A stretch of 32,000 nt of DNA, taken from positions 1,260,001 through 1,292,000 of the forward strand of contig NC_000916.1 of the NCBI RefSeq assembly GCF_000008645.1. Direction: 5' to 3'. Shown here one piece after another: positions 17,707 through 25,384 of the stretch. Source of the stretch: Methanothermobacter thermautotrophicus str. Delta H. Its GTDB lineage: Archaea; Methanobacteriota; Methanobacteria; Methanobacteriales; Methanothermobacteraceae. The translations under genes and the position numbers were made by a program. How positions within the stretch are numbered: the first letter of the stretch is position 1; every line of letters starts with the position of its first letter. The notes under the pieces were generated by a model that saw only the letters and a program-made list of their open reading frames with translations, was not told the origin of the DNA and did not search any database.

Positions 17707-18039
17707 ATACACTTGAAATGAATGTCTCAAAAAATCGAGATCAATTAATACTAACTTACACTTGAAATGAATGTCTCCCTTACAGGTCATCAGAACCATG
17801 GTCAGATTACACTTGAAATGGATGTCTCCCACATCTAGCCATGAATCAGAGAACTGGATAAGGAACAGCAGGATTTTTTACACTTGAAATTCATCCCTCA
17901 TGAATTCCCATCGAGGATCCAGATGGTTACACTTGAAATAGATGTCCCACATATATTATTATCGATCAACCTGATTTTAATAAAAACTTTTATCTAATAG
18001 TTGGAATAAGAGAATTTACACTTGAAATCTACCACACCC
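17707..18039 (+). repeat. Right ORB arm: six elements on the plus strand (consensus TTACACTTGAAATGRATGTCTCCC)
   Basis: Elements start at 17707 (aTAC variant), 17756, 17807, 17878, 17927 and 18016. Spacings are 49, 51, 71, 49 and 89 bp. Confidence 0.9.
17951..18000. other. Candidate duplex-unwinding element (AT-rich tract)
   Basis: By hand count, 41 of 50 bases are A/T (atatattattatcgatcaacctgattttaataaaaacttttatctaatag). It lies in the widest inter-ORB gap (R5-R6). A second tract, 17601-17630, has 27 of 30 A/T. Confidence 0.4.
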
Positions 18040-18179
18040 TCAAATCAGGGAATGGTAGTACGGGGCGCTGCCAGCTGAAAAGGTCATCCTGATATTGAAT
18101 TTCACTGTATCCAGATTTTAGGGCCTTTACTGAAATTTGATGCAGCAGTTTTCTCTAAAAATTTAGTTGAAGTGGTACT

Positions 18180-19328
18180 ATGAACATTTTTGATGAGATA
18201 GGGGACAAAGAATCTGTTTTTAAGGATAAGAAATATCTTGATCACAGGTTCCTTCCTGACAGATTACCTCACAGGGAGGAGCAGATACGATCAATAGCCA
18301 AGTACTGGGTCGAGGCCCTCAATGGAGTGACACCTCCAGACATTACAATCTATGGTAAAACAGGTACAGGGAAAACTGCCGTTGCAAAATTTGCCATGAA
18401 ACAGCTGAAGGAGGCATCAAAGGACTGTGACGTGAATATAAGGACTGAATACATCCGCTGCACAGATTACACAACAGAGTACCAGGTCATAGCAAGATTA
18501 TGCCAGCAGCTCGGTCGTGATGTCCCCTACCGTGGCTGGACAAAGGCTGAAATCGTGAACACCTTCAGGAACATGTTCAAGAAAAACGCCTTTGGCCAGG
18601 ACATGATACTCATGGTCGTACTTGATGAAATAGACATACTCCTCAGAAATGATGGAGATGGACTCCTGTACACCCTCACAAGGACAGATAATGTCTCCAT
18701 TTTATCCATAAGTAACTACGTGGAATTCAAGAAATTCATAAAACCCCGGGTCAGGAGCAGCCTCAGGGACAGGGAGATAGTTTTCCCACCCTATGGGGCC
18801 CAGCAGCTTGTTGATATCCTTGAGGAGAGGTCAAAGATGTCCTTCAAGGAGGGTGCCCTTGATGATGATGTCATACCCCTATGCGCAGCTCTGGCAGCCA
18901 AGGAGGAGGGTGATGCAAGGTACGCCCTGGACCTCCTCAGGACAGCAGGTGAAATTGCCGATGAAAGGGACTCAGATAAAGTCCTGGGGGACTTTGTGAG
19001 GGAGGCCAAGGACTACATAGAACACAACAAGATCACAGACATAATACTGACACTACCGAGCCAGCAGCAGAGGGTGCTTGAGGCCATACTCTACCTCACA
19101 AAGAGGAAGGAGGAAATAACCTCCGGAAGGCTTTATGAGGTCTACAAGGAAATAGCAAAGGGGGACTCTGTTTCCTACAGGAGGATATTTGACTTCATAA
19201 ACGAGCTTGAAATGCTCGGCCTCATATCCACAAATACTGTTTCACGGGGAAGGGGAAAGGGACGTACAAATATCATAGACCTGCAGTGCGAAACCTCCCT
19301 CCTGGAGGACTCACTCTGGGGTGTTTAA
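18180..19328 (+). CDS. orc1: Orc1/Cdc6 origin-recognition / helicase-loader AAA+ protein
   Basis: LPHREEQ N-terminal motif, Walker A GKTGTGKT, Walker B VVLDEID, sensor regions, and a C-terminal winged helix (..[22 protein letters not shown]). Directly adjacent to the ORB array. Confidence 0.95.
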   Translation: MNIFDEIGDKESVFKDKKYLDHRFLPDRLPHREEQIRSIAKYWVEALNGVTPPDITIYGKTGTGKTAVAKFAMKQLKEASKDCDVNIRTEYIRCTDYTTEYQVIARLCQQLGRDVPYRGWTKAEIVNTFRNMFKKNAFGQDMILMVVLDEIDILLRNDGDGLLYTLTRTDNVSILSISNYVEFKKFIKPRVRSSLRDREIVFPPYGAQQLVDILEERSKMSFKEGALDDDVIPLCAALAAKEEGDARYALDLLRTAGEIADERDSDKVLGDFVREAKDYIEHNKITDIILTLPSQQQRVLEAILYLTKRKEEITSGRLYEVYKEIAKGDSVSYRRIFDFINELEMLGLISTNTVSRGRGKGRTNIIDLQCETSLLEDSLWGV

Positions 19329-19331
19329 AGC

Positions 19332-19337
19332 TTTTTT
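19332..19337 (+). terminator. Oligo-T tract after orc1
   Basis: TTTTTT lies 4 nt after the orc1 stop, in the 24-bp convergent gap with pyrB. Archaeal termination commonly uses T-runs. Confidence 0.4.
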
Positions 19338-19352
19338 CTAGAGCCATCCCGC

Positions 19353-20291
19353 TCAAACTATCTTCTGGTTTTCAGATCCTCTCCTCTCACTTATCAGCAG
19401 CCTCAGGAGGGCCATCCGGACCGGCACACCATAGAACGCCTGTCTGAAGTACATGGCCTGTGGGAGGGAATCCACCTCTGGGGATATCTCATCTATCCTT
19501 GGGAGTGGATGCATCACAATCAGGTCCCTATCAGCCACAGTGGATCCATCTATGTGGTAGGCTCCCCTTATCCTTGAATACTCCTCAGGGTCAGGGAAAC
19601 GTTCCTTCTGTATCCTTGTAACGTAGAGGACATCCACCTCATCTATGACATCATCAAGCCTTTCTGTCTCTTTAACTTCAACACCAGCCCTCCTCAGATC
19701 ATGTATGATGTTATCAGGCATTCTGAGGACGGGTGGTGATACGAAGCTCATACTGGCACCGAAAACAGCCAGGGCATAGGCCAGTGAGTGGACAGTCCTC
19801 CCGTACTTGAGGTCACCAACCAGTGCAACCCTAAGGGAACCTATCCTCCCGAAGAACCTCTTCATGGTGTAGAGGTCCAGGAGGGTCTGTGTTGGGTGCT
19901 GCCCGGCACCATCCCCTGCATTTATCACTGGAACATCCACAACATCTGATATGTAACGTGCTGCACCCTCCAGGTTGTGCCTTATAACTATGGCGTCAGA
20001 GTAGGCTGAAAGCATCATGGCGGTGTCAGCCAGGCTCTCACCCTTAACGGCAGATGTCGCCCCCGTATCTGCAAATCCAACAACGTCCCCTCCCAGACGC
20101 TTCATGGCAGTTTCAAAGGATAGACGTGTCCTTGTGGATGGCTCATAGAACATCATGCCAAGTATCTTTCCTCTGAGGGCGCTGGAGGATTTTTCTCCCG
20201 ATGCAAATGGCTCCATCTTCTCGGCTTCCCTGAGGATGAACTCGATATCCTCCCTCTTAAAATCCTTTATTGAGATAACGTTTTCAAACAT
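19353..20291 (-). CDS. pyrB: Aspartate carbamoyltransferase catalytic subunit
   Basis: Motifs [22 protein letters not shown] and HPLPRIDEI. Length 312 aa. Confidence 0.95.
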   Translation of the reverse strand: MFENVISIKDFKREDIEFILREAEKMEPFASGEKSSSALRGKILGMMFYEPSTRTRLSFETAMKRLGGDVVGFADTGATSAVKGESLADTAMMLSAYSDAIVIRHNLEGAARYISDVVDVPVINAGDGAGQHPTQTLLDLYTMKRFFGRIGSLRVALVGDLKYGRTVHSLAYALAVFGASMSFVSPPVLRMPDNIIHDLRRAGVEVKETERLDDVIDEVDVLYVTRIQKERFPDPEEYSRIRGAYHIDGSTVADRDLIVMHPLPRIDEISPEVDSLPQAMYFRQAFYGVPVRMALLRLLISERRGSENQKIV

Positions 20292-20333
20292 CAGTACCCC
20301 TTCCAGATTTTCATATATAACCCTATAACTTCC

Positions 20334-21071
20334 TTAAATCTTTCTCATGAAGGTTAGATACCCTGTATGGCCGACCATCCTTGTTCTGGGCCTTGTACCC
20401 TGCTTTCTGACCTCTATTTCACGTTCAATGGTTTCAAAGGTCCTTATATCTGCAAATCCAACCTTCAACCCTATCCTGTGTATCAGCTTCACCTGTTCAA
20501 TGTAGGGGTTGTAGAAGACTGCCCAGCCACCCCTGAGTAGGGAATCATGGACATCCTCCATCAGCTCCCAGGGCCTGGGCAGATCAAGGAAAACCAGGTC
20601 GAGGTCCTCCTCCTCTATACCCTCCTTTATATCCCTGTTCTTGACCTCCACGTTTTTGAATCCAAAGGCTGCAATGTTCTTCTCTGCTATCTCAGCAAAG
20701 TCCTCACGTATTTCATAGGTTGTGACGTGCCCTGATTCTCCCACCAGATTGGCAAGGTACATTGCAACTGTACCCGCACCGGTACCCGCATCAACAACCC
20801 TTGAACCTTCAACTATCCCTGTATATGCACATATCATTCCTATGTCCTTGGGAAGGAGTATTGAACACCGCCTCTCCATGAGTTCAAGGTAATCTGAGAG
20901 TCCGGGTTTAAGGACGTAAATCTCCCTGCCAAGGTGGGTTTTGAGGACATCCCCGGGCCTGGAATCCTCCAGGGTTTCTGCTTTGATGATCCCCATGTCA
21001 CTCTGAAAGTCCTCTCCTTCTTCCAGGAGATATTTTTTACCTCTCTCATCCATAAGTATGCGCAAGTCCAA
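20334..21071 (-). CDS. trmI: tRNA (adenine-N1)-methyltransferase, TrmI/Gcd14 family
   Basis: SAM-binding VVDAGTGAGTVAMYLA, DLVFLDLPRPWE and the Gcd14-type N-terminal beta domain. The start is uncertain: TTG 21071 abuts GGTGAT, and TTG 21065 or ATG 21053 are alternatives. Confidence 0.8.
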   Translation of the reverse strand: MDLRILMDERGKKYLLEEGEDFQSDMGIIKAETLEDSRPGDVLKTHLGREIYVLKPGLSDYLELMERRCSILLPKDIGMICAYTGIVEGSRVVDAGTGAGTVAMYLANLVGESGHVTTYEIREDFAEIAEKNIAAFGFKNVEVKNRDIKEGIEEEDLDLVFLDLPRPWELMEDVHDSLLRGGWAVFYNPYIEQVKLIHRIGLKVGFADIRTFETIEREIEVRKQGTRPRTRMVGHTGYLTFMRKI

Positions 21072-21076
21072 TCACC

Positions 21077-23293
21077 TTACTCCTTGAATTGATATGTGGC
21101 TTCATCGGGTCCCTTAAATTCTGCCTCAATGACCCTCCTGATTTCCGAAGCCCTCTTTGCACCTATACCCTCCACGCTACGGAGTTCCTTCTCTGAGGCG
21201 TTCATAACACCTTCAACTGATCCGAAGGCTTCCAGGAGCCTTTCAGCGTACTTTGAACCGATATTTGGCAGGGATTCCACGATGAAGAGCTGCTTCTCCC
21301 TGAGGGTCAGTGGCTTCTTATCCGTGCGAACACGCATATCAGGCCTGCCTTCCCTCTGCTCCCTTATGGCTATCCTCCTTATCATTGCAGCGGTATCCTC
21401 GGCTGACCTCGTGGGGATTACAGGTATTCCAAAGTCCACAGCAACAGCTGCAAGGGCACCCCTCACGGCGTCCGGGTTTATGAATCCTGAATAGAGGTCA
21501 TCCCCCTCTATGATCATAACAGGCCTTTTGAAGTTTTTGACCATCTCCCTTGCCTGTTTATACAGTCTTTTATCTATAATTGAACCAATAAAGTCCTGTG
21601 TTGTCTTCCTCTCAATTATAGTATCCTCGCTTATCTGATAGTCACCAACTGCAAGGGGTTTGAGTTCAAAATCCACTCCTATCTTTTTGAGTTCCCTGAG
21701 GACCCTTGAGTTGACCTCCCGGGAATCAGCATAGATGAAGGGTCCCTCCCCTGAGGGTTCCATTATGGGGTTAACCTCCACGTTAACTGACCCGCCCCTG
21801 AGGTTCTCCTTCATGGATCTCTCCTTCCTGATACTTGAGTAGTAGTATGCCTCGTCGCGGGTCTTCTCTGTTATGAGGACAACCATGCGGCCCTTCCTCT
21901 TCCTCCCGGTCCTTCCACGTCTCTGTATCATCCTTATCTCAGAGGGAACAGGTTCATACATCACCACAAGGTCCACCGAGGGGATATCTATACCTTCCTC
22001 AGCGACACTGGTTGATAGGAGCACGTCATGGTTCCCCATGCGAAATGATTTTATTATATCCCTCTGCTGTTTCTGGGTGAGGCCCTTCTCTCCGCTCCTG
22101 CTGTTCTGTCCATAAAATTTAACTGCGTTGATACCTTCACGTTTGCATCTCTGGTATATCTCCTCAAGGGTGTCGCGGAACTGTGTGAACACTATTATCC
22201 TTGCTTCATCTCCTTTAAGTTCCCTTTTCAGTATCTCCATTAGCCTGTCAAGTTTAGGGTGTTCCACCCCTGACATCATGGCCCTTCTTGTGAGGTGCAT
22301 GGCCCTTGTAAAGTCTGGATCTGCCAGGAGACCCTTAGCAGCCTTTGTTTTCTTCTCCTTTAGCCGGAGAAGGTACTGGTGGAGTGGTCTTATGCCCTGT
22401 GTTTCAAGAAGTTCAAGGGCGTGTTCCACGTTTATACAGGATGCAAGGAGTGATATGGCCCTGTAGCATGCCCTTGGAGGGCTCGTTGATCGCGCTATCC
22501 TGTTCTGGACACGGCCCCTTGCCTTCAGAAGGTCCTTCTTACCCACACTGATGGTGTCTATAACACCGAGGTTTTTAAGCATCTTCAAGCGATTTTTAAG
22601 GACCTTCCTAAGGAGTTCCCTTATATCCTCAAGCTCCGGTGTCATCCTGACCTTTACCCATTCTATTTTTATGGGCTTGAGGTAGGGGCGCACATCAGGG
22701 TCCCCCTCTGTTTTCACCACAACCTCATTCATGAAGAGGTTCTCACAGACAGTTTTTATCTTATCCTCATCTGCACCCGGAGACGCTGTGAGTCCCAGTA
22801 TGAGGGGGTGCCTGGCGTTCTGTATATAATTAGATGCAAGGAAGACGTATGAGTATGATCCAACTGCGCGGTGGCATTCATCGAATACGATGAGTGAGAC
22901 GTCCCTGAGGTCGTATCTTCCAGCCAGGATGTCTGATTCAACTGTCTGGGGCGTGGCGGATATTATCTGGGATTTAATCCACCGTTCTTTTCTCTCTTCA
23001 GGTTTTATGCTACCTGTAAGGGATGTGCAGGTTGCAAGCATGAACTCCCTGAAGCTCTCCTCATGCTGTATGGCCAGGGGTTTGCTGGGTGATAGGATGA
23101 GTACCTTTGAGCCCCTGTATTTCCTGAGTCTCTCTGCAGCCACAAGGACAGCCACAACCGTCTTTCCGAGGGCTGTGGGGGCGACTATCATTGAGTTGCC
23201 CTTTCTGATGACATCTGCTGCCAGCAGCTGCTGATAGGTCCTTGCCTCTATTTTCTCTGGCTTTATGAGGGGGTGCTCTATGTACCTTGCCAT
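21077..23293 (-). CDS. hef: Hef: fork-structure helicase fused to an ERCC4/XPF-type nuclease (FANCM/XPF homologue)
   Basis: Helicase motifs [30 protein letters not shown]4 nuclease motif [20 protein letters not shown]-terminal tandem HhH ([25 protein letters not shown]). No SD before the ATG, and a TATA-like ttaaataaa lies ~29 nt upstream, so the mRNA may be leaderless. Confidence 0.9.
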   Translation of the reverse strand: MARYIEHPLIKPEKIEARTYQQLLAADVIRKGNSMIVAPTALGKTVVAVLVAAERLRKYRGSKVLILSPSKPLAIQHEESFREFMLATCTSLTGSIKPEERKERWIKSQIISATPQTVESDILAGRYDLRDVSLIVFDECHRAVGSYSYVFLASNYIQNARHPLILGLTASPGADEDKIKTVCENLFMNEVVVKTEGDPDVRPYLKPIKIEWVKVRMTPELEDIRELLRKVLKNRLKMLKNLGVIDTISVGKKDLLKARGRVQNRIARSTSPPRACYRAISLLASCINVEHALELLETQGIRPLHQYLLRLKEKKTKAAKGLLADPDFTRAMHLTRRAMMSGVEHPKLDRLMEILKRELKGDEARIIVFTQFRDTLEEIYQRCKREGINAVKFYGQNSRSGEKGLTQKQQRDIIKSFRMGNHDVLLSTSVAEEGIDIPSVDLVVMYEPVPSEIRMIQRRGRTGRKRKGRMVVLITEKTRDEAYYYSSIRKERSMKENLRGGSVNVEVNPIMEPSGEGPFIYADSREVNSRVLRELKKIGVDFELKPLAVGDYQISEDTIIERKTTQDFIGSIIDKRLYKQAREMVKNFKRPVMIIEGDDLYSGFINPDAVRGALAAVAVDFGIPVIPTRSAEDTAAMIRRIAIREQREGRPDMRVRTDKKPLTLREKQLFIVESLPNIGSKYAERLLEAFGSVEGVMNASEKELRSVEGIGAKRASEIRRVIEAEFKGPDEATYQFKE

Positions 23294-23468
23294 GGTCTTT
23301 TATCTGGTCATCAATTTATTTAAGGTTCAGGTTCCTTTCAGTGCTGAAAATCAGGTTACCTGAGGCTTTGGCCTTCCTAGTTTGAGGTTTAAGAGATTAA
23401 AAGAAGGAATAAATGGGGGTTTATTGGGGATGATGCGTGTTCAACCGGTCTAAAAGATTTAAGGGAGG

Positions 23469-23789
23469 TTAAAGTGGGACTGAGGCAGCTGCGAGCACCG
23501 CAGCAACGGTGACTGTGCTCAGATGGCAGGCGTAGAGTGGAGCTGTCTGGAAGCTGTCCCTCAGAACCGGGAGGAACTGTGTGTAGGCTGAAATCCCTGT
23601 GAGTACCTGCAGAGCCACTGCAACGTAATTCAGGGTTACATTGCCAGACATGATATTTGCTGCCGTTGCAATGAGGGCAAGGATAAGGACTCCGAAGTGT
23701 GGCGCCATCCTCATCCCCATTATACGGAAGGTTATGAAACCTGATGAGATTCCTGCAAAGAGGAGTGCGAATATAATGACCTGATACAT
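23469..23789 (-). CDS. Small integral membrane protein (3-4 TM helices), unknown function
   Basis: 106 aa, almost entirely hydrophobic. GAGGTGAT RBS. Starts 10 nt after the TusA/DsrE gene stop on the same strand. Confidence 0.6.
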   Translation of the reverse strand: MYQVIIFALLFAGISSGFITFRIMGMRMAPHFGVLILALIATAANIMSGNVTLNYVAVALQVLTGISAYTQFLPVLRDSFQTAPLYACHLSTVTVAAVLAAASVPL

Positions 23790-23799
23790 TTCATCACCT

Positions 23800-24609
23800 C
23801 TAGAAGTTCACCACTGCGTAGCTCGGGTCACTAAGCAGTGTTATGAACGTGGCTGCACCTGCTATCTTGCAGCCCTCGACCATGTTATCTTCTCTGAGCC
23901 CCCTGAACTGGGCGCTCATTTCACAGACGTAGATCTTAACACCCATCTCAATGACCTCGGCCATGAGTTCATCCAGCCGCGGGAAGGCCGGGTGTTTTAC
24001 GGCGGCTGCACCACCCTTCCTTGCAATGCTCACGCCATCCATGAGGAGGAATATTGTGACATCCTTTCCCATGCTGAGGGCAGCCTTTGAGAATATGAAG
24101 GTGGCGTAGGCCCTCTCTGCATTCCCTGTCCCGTTGCTCTGGACAACGAGTACCTTATCCTTTCCTGTAAATTCCCTTTCCCTGCTAACATCTGTTTTTT
24201 CAAGGATGAGGTGGCTGGCCGATTTTTCAATGACCTCTGCCTTCATTTCAGGAGCTGAGAGTGCAAGGTCATCGATCACGTCACTGCTTTCTGATTTTAT
24301 CTTTATCCTCATCCCTGGCTCCATTGAGGAGAGCCTATCCCCTACGATTATAACCGGGCCGGGACAGGTTTCTCCGGTAACATCTATCTCTTCAATACCC
24401 TGAGGTGAAATGTTAACCACCAGCCCCTTTTCTGTTTCTCTGGGAGAATATTCCATATGGTGCTTCTCTGCAACTCTCCTGACCTCTTCAGAGTCCTCCT
24501 TCAGGATCAGCTGGAGGTTCTGAACACCATTTTTAAGTATATTGTCTGTTATTATAGCTGCAGCGTATCTGTTTACTCCCCTGAGGTTTAATTTCATTTT
24601 TATCCCCAT
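23800..24609 (-). CDS. Three-module sulfur-carrier fusion: degenerate TusA-like + TusA (CPGP) + DsrE/DsrE3-like domain
   Basis: Residues ~6-60: LNLRGVNRYAAAIITDNIL, a TusA-like fold lacking the Cys-Pro. Middle module: IDVTGETCPGPVIIV, the TusA/SirA active-site CPxP. C-terminus: KVLVVQSNGTGNAERAYATFIF..GVKIYVCEMS, DsrE-like with a conserved Cys. Alternative start at ATG 24597 (MKLNL). Confidence 0.7.
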   Translation of the reverse strand: MGIKMKLNLRGVNRYAAAIITDNILKNGVQNLQLILKEDSEEVRRVAEKHHMEYSPRETEKGLVVNISPQGIEEIDVTGETCPGPVIIVGDRLSSMEPGMRIKIKSESSDVIDDLALSAPEMKAEVIEKSASHLILEKTDVSREREFTGKDKVLVVQSNGTGNAERAYATFIFSKAALSMGKDVTIFLLMDGVSIARKGGAAAVKHPAFPRLDELMAEVIEMGVKIYVCEMSAQFRGLREDNMVEGCKIAGAATFITLLSDPSYAVVNF

Positions 24610-25268
24610 TTTTCCCTGAATTTTCTGAGGGCCTCCACAATTCCCTCAAGGTCAGATGCTGGTACTCCGACTGCAAGTTCCTCGGGCCTGATCCCGGCGT
24701 ATTTCCTTGAACCGTTACACCCCATTGTCATGTTTGGGATGCCCCTCTCCCTTACAGCTGCAACGGCGTCTGCACAGAGTGACTGTATCCCTGAGTAGTC
24801 CCCGCTTATTCTGCCACCCCTGTCATGGAGGTATGCCTGGCTGAGTCTAAGCGCCTGGGCCGGTTTAAGTATGAATACAACGGCGTCTGGTTCGAAATCA
24901 GCCTCTTCGAGCGGTGCATAGACTGAGGCATGGTATTCCCCTTTCACCGCGGGAACGGCCTCTACGGTTTCAGCAGCAGCTTCCAGTGTGCTGTAGTTTC
25001 CGAGTTTATGGTACAGGCTTCCATCCGCAACCTGGGGTGGTACCCTGCAGAGTCCAAGGACCGCTGCGCCACCCCTGCAGAGGTGTTCGTCTGCAGTTGC
25101 ATAGCCACAGGCACCCCTTAAGCGTGCATCCTGTATGAACTCGCAGTGCCTCTTCTTTTCAAGCTTTTCACCAGATATTTCCTCATTCTTGACTAACCTG
25201 ACAGCCACGGGCTGCCCTCCATTTTCCAGGAGTTCCTTAAGTTCTTCTGAAATCTTCCTGTAATCCAT
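24600..25268 (-). CDS. DUF169-family protein (unknown function)
   Basis: MDYRKISEELKELLENGGQPVAVRLV..HCEFIQDARLRGA..CRGGAAVLGL is typical of DUF169/COG2043. AGGTGG precedes ATG 25268. The track extension to 25496 overlaps the divergent regulator and is rejected. Confidence 0.7.
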   Translation of the reverse strand: MDYRKISEELKELLENGGQPVAVRLVKNEEISGEKLEKKRHCEFIQDARLRGACGYATADEHLCRGGAAVLGLCRVPPQVADGSLYHKLGNYSTLEAAAETVEAVPAVKGEYHASVYAPLEEADFEPDAVVFILKPAQALRLSQAYLHDRGGRISGDYSGIQSLCADAVAAVRERGIPNMTMGCNGSRKYAGIRPEELAVGVPASDLEGIVEALRKFREKWG

Positions 25269-25384
25269 ACAACCACCTATACATGATAGTATAACTATAC
25301 GATAAAGTATAAAAACCCAATATTTAAATTTTTCTCTAAAGTTATAATTCATGGTTATACCATAGCTATCATGGGGTGAGGTCA
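25269..25384. promoter_or_regulatory. Divergent promoter/operator region between the DUF169 operon and the wHTH-GAF regulator
   Basis: 116 bp and AT-rich, with TATA-like tataaaaa (25310-25317) and tttaaat (25323-25329). Inverted repeat catgatag (25282-25289) / ctatcatg (25366-25373). Small palindrome gtataactatac (25289-25300). Confidence 0.4.

Larger units (their letters stand above)
17374..18179. other. Chromosomal replication origin (oriC) with 12 ORB/mini-ORB elements and AT-rich tracts
   Basis: This 805-bp gap has no ORF of 60 aa or more in any frame. Twelve copies of a TTACA[C/G]TTGAA core carry a C-rich tail (G-string on the complement). An orc1/cdc6 gene starts at 18180. Confidence 0.9.

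Noticed and set aside
17374-18039. The regularly spaced repeats as a CRISPR array
   Set aside because: The conserved cores are only ~12-24 nt. They occur in two opposite orientations around a centre, the intervening sequences are AT-rich, and no cas genes are nearby. The array abuts orc1/cdc6, so an origin explains it better.
23425-23485. Near C box (atgatgc) and CTGA 50 nt apart in the gap upstream of hef
   Set aside because: The C box is imperfect. There is no complementary terminal stem and no recognisable C'/D' boxes, and the D box falls inside the 23469..23789 coding region.
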